Source: an uncultured Acidobacteriota bacterium (GTDB lineage: Bacteria; Acidobacteriota; Vicinamibacteria; Fen-336). From it: a stretch of DNA of 64,000 nt. The translations under genes and the position numbers were made by a program. Location: contig OY970399.1 in the NCBI GenBank assembly GCA_963720545.1, forward strand, positions 1,280,001 to 1,344,000. The letters are read 5' to 3'. The notes under the pieces are model-generated. The model searched no databases and was not told where the DNA came from. It saw nothing but the letters and a program-made list of their open reading frames with translations. Below, in pieces: positions 60,111-64,000 of the stretch (the stretch's first letter is position 1; the number at the start of each line of letters is the position of its first letter).

Positions 60111-62606
60111 CTATTCGTAGCGAAGCGCCTTCACGGGATCGACCCGCGCGGCACGGCGCGCGGGCAGGTAGCCGGCCATGAGCGCGGCGAGCGCCAGCAC
60201 CGCGACGGCGGCCAGGTACGTGGCGGGGTCGACGGGCGACAGGCCGAAGAGCTGCGCGCGCGCCAGCCAGCCGAGGCCGAGTGCCAGCGGCAGGCCGATG
60301 GCGAGGCCGAGGCCGCACAGCAGGCCCGCGTTCAGCAGCACCAGCTTCAGGATGTCGCGGCGGGTGGCGCCGACCGCTAGTCGCACGCCCATCTCGCGGC
60401 GCCGCTGCGACACCGCATAGCTCAAGACACCGTAGAGGCCGAGGGCCGCGAGCAGCAGCGCCAGCGTGCCGTAGGCCGAGGCGAGCGCCGCGACCAGCCG
60501 CTCGATCATCAGGTTCTGGCCGATCTGCATGCGCATGGTGCGCATGCCGTCCACCGGGATGTCGCCGGCGCGCCGCTCGGCGACGCTGCGCAACGTGCCG
60601 AGCATGGCTGCCTCGTTGCCGTCGGCGCGCACGTAGAAGTTGCTGCCGCTCAGCTGCTTCACCTGCTCCGCGTACATGTAGGCCTGCGGCCTGCTCTTCT
60701 CGCGCATGGCGGAGTGCTTGAAGTCGGAGACCACGCCGATGACGTGGTACTCGATGTCGCGGCGCTTGAAGACCCGGCCCACCGGGTTCTGCCCGCCATA
60801 GAAGCGCGCCGCGAACGCATCGTTGACGATCGCCACCTGCGGCGTGTCGGGCCGGTCGCGGCCGTCGAAGTCGCGGCCGCTACGGATCGGGACCCCGAGC
60901 GTGTCGAAGAAGCCGGCGCCGACGTTGTTGATGAGCGAGTCGCGGTTGTCGCGGTCGTCCGGCGCGTTGGCACCGGGGATCTCGATGCTGCTCGACATGT
61001 CGGAGTCGGCGAGCAGCGGCACCTCGGCGAACGACACCGCGCGCACGCCGCTGATTTCGCCGAGCGCGCGCTTCATGTCGGCGTAGAAGAGGCGCTGGCG
61101 GGCGTCGTCGTAGCCGGCGAGCGACGGATCGACCGCGAAGGTGGCGAGCTGCTGCGTGTGGAAGCCGGGATCGAGAAAAGCCAGGTTGCGCAGGCTGCGC
61201 GCGAACAGGCCGGCGGCGGCGACCAGAGCCACCGACAGTGCCACCTGGCCGACAACCAGCATGGCGCGGGCGCGCCGGCCGCGGAACTGGCCCGCGCCGC
61301 CGCCGTCGCGAATTGCGCTGAACAGGTCGGTCTTCGCCGCGTGCAGCGCCGGCATCAGGCCGGCGACGAGGGCGGCCGTGACGGTCGCGGCGAGGGTGAA
61401 GGCGAGCACCCTGCCGTCTATCGCGAAGGCCAGGTCGCGGGCCAGCGCCGCGTCGGAGCTGAGGCCCAGAAGCGCGGCACCGAGGGCGCGCGCGACCACC
61501 AGGCTGAGGAGCGCGCCGGTGCCGGCGAGCACGCACGACTCGGCCAGGAACTCGCGCAGCAGCCGGCCGCTCGACGCGCCGATCGCGAGTCGCACCGCGA
61601 TCTCCTTGTTGCGCAGCGTGGCGCGCGCCAGCAGCAGGTTCGCGATGTTGAGGCAGGCGACGAGCAGCACCGCGCCGGCCGTGACCATGAGGATGGCGGT
61701 GGGCCCGCCGGCCTGTTCGCGCCAGCCGGAAGCGCCGGCGGCGCCCGGCAGCAGCGCGATCTTGCGCGCGACGAAGCGGGCGCGGAAGTCGGCCGAGTTG
61801 GTGCTGAGCGTCTTCACCTCCTCCGCCACGATCCGGCTGAAGACGAGCTGGGTGGCGGCGGTCGCCTGCTGCAGGCTCACCCCGGGCCGCAGCCGCGCCA
61901 TCGCCGTGAGGAAGTGCGCGCGGCGGTTGCTGAGCTCGGGCCACACCGGCAAGGCGACGTTCTTCATCGCCACCGAAACATAGACGTCGTTCTCGGTGCC
62001 GACCTCGAGGCCGCGGAAACCACGCGGCGCGACACCAACGATGGTCATGGGCATGGCGTTGATCTGTATCGGCGCGCCCACCACCGACTGCTGGCCGCCG
62101 AAGCGGCGCTGCCAGTAGCCGTGGCCGAGGACCACGACCGGATGCGCGCCGGGGGTGACGTCGTCGGCGGGACCCAGCAGCCTGCCCGCCGCGGGCTGCA
62201 GCCCAAGCGTGTCGAAGTAGGTGCCGGAGACGAGCTCCGCGGTGACCGTCTCGACCTTGCCCTGATAACCGGCCTGCAGCGAGGCCGGCTGATAGGCGAG
62301 CACATTCGTGAAGGCGTCCTTCACCGAGTCGCGCAGGTCGGTGAAGAGCGGATACGAGATTGTGTGCGGCGACGCCTTGTTGGCGGAGGTGTGGCCGACG
62401 TTCGGACCGCCCGGATCGATGAGCACCAGGCGGCCGGGGTCTGCAACCGGCAGTGCCCGCAGCACCAGCCGGTCGAGGATGGAGAAGATCGCGGTGTTGG
62501 CGCCGATGCCGAGCGCGAAGGTCGCGACTATGATCGCCGAGAGGCCCGGTGTCGCCAGGGCCCGCCGCGCCGCAAACCGCAGGTCCGAGACGAACGAGCC
62601 GAGCAT
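60111..62606 (-). CDS. ABC transporter permease, duplicated MacB/FtsX type (ADOP)
   Basis: 'ALGIGANTAIFS', 'ACLNIANLLL', 'REMGVRLAVGA', 'DPVKALRYE'. Confidence 0.9.
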   Translation of the reverse strand: MLGSFVSDLRFAARRALATPGLSAIIVATFALGIGANTAIFSILDRLVLRALPVADPGRLVLIDPGGPNVGHTSANKASPHTISYPLFTDLRDSVKDAFTNVLAYQPASLQAGYQGKVETVTAELVSGTYFDTLGLQPAAGRLLGPADDVTPGAHPVVVLGHGYWQRRFGGQQSVVGAPIQINAMPMTIVGVAPRGFRGLEVGTENDVYVSVAMKNVALPVWPELSNRRAHFLTAMARLRPGVSLQQATAATQLVFSRIVAEEVKTLSTNSADFRARFVARKIALLPGAAGASGWREQAGGPTAILMVTAGAVLLVACLNIANLLLARATLRNKEIAVRLAIGASSGRLLREFLAESCVLAGTGALLSLVVARALGAALLGLSSDAALARDLAFAIDGRVLAFTLAATVTAALVAGLMPALHAAKTDLFSAIRDGGGAGQFRGRRARAMLVVGQVALSVALVAAAGLFARSLRNLAFLDPGFHTQQLATFAVDPSLAGYDDARQRLFYADMKRALGEISGVRAVSFAEVPLLADSDMSSSIEIPGANAPDDRDNRDSLINNVGAGFFDTLGVPIRSGRDFDGRDRPDTPQVAIVNDAFAARFYGGQNPVGRVFKRRDIEYHVIGVVSDFKHSAMREKSRPQAYMYAEQVKQLSGSNFYVRADGNEAAMLGTLRSVAERRAGDIPVDGMRTMRMQIGQNLMIERLVAALASAYGTLALLLAALGLYGVLSYAVSQRRREMGVRLAVGATRRDILKLVLLNAGLLCGLGLAIGLPLALGLGWLARAQLFGLSPVDPATYLAAVAVLALAALMAGYLPARRAARVDPVKALRYE

Positions 62607-62610
62607 CGCG

Positions 62611-63327
62611 CTACGCCCGCTCGGCGGCCGCCGCCACCTCTTCCTCGACGATGCGGCCGTCGAAGAGGTGCACGGTGCGCTCCGCATAGCGCGCGAAGCG
62701 GTTGTCGTGGGTGACCATGCAGATGGTGGCGCCGCCGCGGTGCAGTTCCTTCAGCAGCTCCATCACCGCCTCGCCGTTCTTCGAGTCGAGGTTGCCGGTG
62801 GGCTCGTCGGCGAGCAGGATCGAGGGCTCGCCCACCAGCGCGCGCGCCACGGCGACGCGCTGCTGCTGGCCGCCCGACAGCTGGCTTGGCAGGTGCTTGG
62901 CGCGGTGGCCCATGCCGACGCGCTCGAGTGCCGCCTGCGCCTTCTGCTTGCGCTCGGCGGCGCCGGTGCCGCGGTAGGTCAGCGGCAGCTCGACGTTCTC
63001 GTAGACCGAGAGGTCGCCGATGAGGTTGAAGCTCTGGAAGATGAAGCCGATCTCGCGGTTGCGCACCTTGGCGCGCTGCGCCAGGGTCAGCGACTCGACC
63101 GGCTGGTTGTTGAGGACGTAGGTGCCCGACGAGGGCGAGTCGAGCAGCCCCAGGATCGAGAGCAGCGTCGACTTGCCGCAGCCCGACGGTCCGGAGATTG
63201 CGACGAACTGGCCCTTTTCGATGCCGAGGTGGATGCCCGAGAGGGCGTGCGTCTCCACGTCGTCGGTGAGGAAGACCTTCATCAGGTTGTCGAGCTTGAT
63301 CAGCGACGTTGCGCCGTTACCACCCAT
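62611..63327 (-). CDS. ABC transporter ATP-binding protein (LolD/MacB type)
   Basis: GPSGCGKST, LSGGQQQRVAVARAL, ADEPTGNLD, VTHD; AAGGAG RBS. Confidence 0.95.
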   Translation of the reverse strand: MGGNGATSLIKLDNLMKVFLTDDVETHALSGIHLGIEKGQFVAISGPSGCGKSTLLSILGLLDSPSSGTYVLNNQPVESLTLAQRAKVRNREIGFIFQSFNLIGDLSVYENVELPLTYRGTGAAERKQKAQAALERVGMGHRAKHLPSQLSGGQQQRVAVARALVGEPSILLADEPTGNLDSKNGEAVMELLKELHRGGATICMVTHDNRFARYAERTVHLFDGRIVEEEVAAAAERA

Positions 63328-63340
63328 GCTTGGCTGCTCC

Positions 63341-64000
63341 TTAGTTGAGACGGATGCGATCGAAACCATCCCAGGCCGACGTGTCCGACAACAGGACCTG
63401 GTCGCCTTCCTTCAGACCTTCGAGAACTTCGACGCTTTGCACCGACGCCCGGCCGAGGCGCACCTTGACCCGGTTGGCCTCGCCACTCGCCGGGTCGAGA
63501 CGGAAGAGCGTGACGGTGCCCTCGCCCTGGCCCTGCGCCGGACGGCCGACATGAAGAACGTTGTCGAGCCGCGCGAGTTCGATTGTTCCGTCGACCGTGA
63601 GGTCGGGACGCGCGCCCTTCGGCATCTCACCGGTCAGCGCCACGTCCACCGTGACGGTGCCCTGCTGGACGGCGGGGTCGACGCGCGACACCTGGCCGTT
63701 GACGATGCCGTTGCGGGTGTCGACGAAGCACTTCTGGCCGATGACCACGTCTTTCGCCTGGGTCTCGGCGATGCGGATGACCGCCTTCAGCCGGGTCGGC
63801 TGGGCGACGCGTGCCAGGTTGGTTCCCGGCGTCACCTGCTGCCCCACCTCGACCGGCACCTGCTGCAGCATGCCGTCGAGGCCGGCCTTGACCTTGAGGG
63901 CCTCCACCTGGCTGCGCCGCAGCACCGCCGTGGCACGGCGCTGTTCCACGACCGTGCGCTGCACCGCGAGCTGCGCCTCGATCGCCTCGGCCCCGATCCG
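63341..64000 (-). CDS. Efflux periplasmic adaptor / membrane fusion protein (HlyD/MacA-like), 5'-truncated
   Basis: Lipoyl-like 'V.A..DG.L..V.VEVGQQV..G..LA', 'G.V.R.DP....GTV.V', 'GLKEGD.V'; frame runs off the window end. Confidence 0.85.
   Translation of the reverse strand, partial: RIGAEAIEAQLAVQRTVVEQRRATAVLRRSQVEALKVKAGLDGMLQQVPVEVGQQVTPGTNLARVAQPTRLKAVIRIAETQAKDVVIGQKCFVDTRNGIVNGQVSRVDPAVQQGTVTVDVALTGEMPKGARPDLTVDGTIELARLDNVLHVGRPAQGQGEGTVTLFRLDPASGEANRVKVRLGRASVQSVEVLEGLKEGDQVLLSDTSAWDGFDRIRLN

Overview
High-GC bacterial chromosomal segment. The gene repertoire (Oar-type TonB-dependent receptors, VWFA-related protein, many duplicated-MacB 'ADOP' permeases with PadR) is typical of Acidobacteriota, possibly Vicinamibacteria; this assignment is inferred. 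Left to right: DUF2339/DUF3999 pair, a GT39-like glycosyltransferase, a TonB-dependent receptor with a sigma-54-type promoter, a sulfatase-like TPR lipoprotein, a metzincin lipoprotein, a peptidase/amidohydrolase/TBDR/asparaginase region, an LPS and ADP-heptose operon (waaA-lpxK-htrB*-waaF-gmhB-hldA-hldC-waaC-methyltransferase), a padR-permease cassette flanked by a 48-bp duplication of the waaA 5' end, gap-pgk-tpiA-secG, a TPP-riboswitch-controlled TBDR, an NtrBC-type two-component system, and an MFP-ATPase-five-permease-ATPase export array. The best candidate for an undescribed system is a two-gene unit at 19931-21123. A third, non-LPS-type GT9 glycosyltransferase lies directly upstream of a 76-aa Tat/lipoprotein precursor whose last 34 residues include 30 serines using all six Ser codons. 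The unit abuts the ADP-heptose genes, suggesting a Tat-exported, multiply O-glycosylated (heptosylated?) lipopeptide. No tRNA, rRNA, CRISPR array, integrase or transposase was seen. All family assignments come from motif recognition by eye; no database searches were run.
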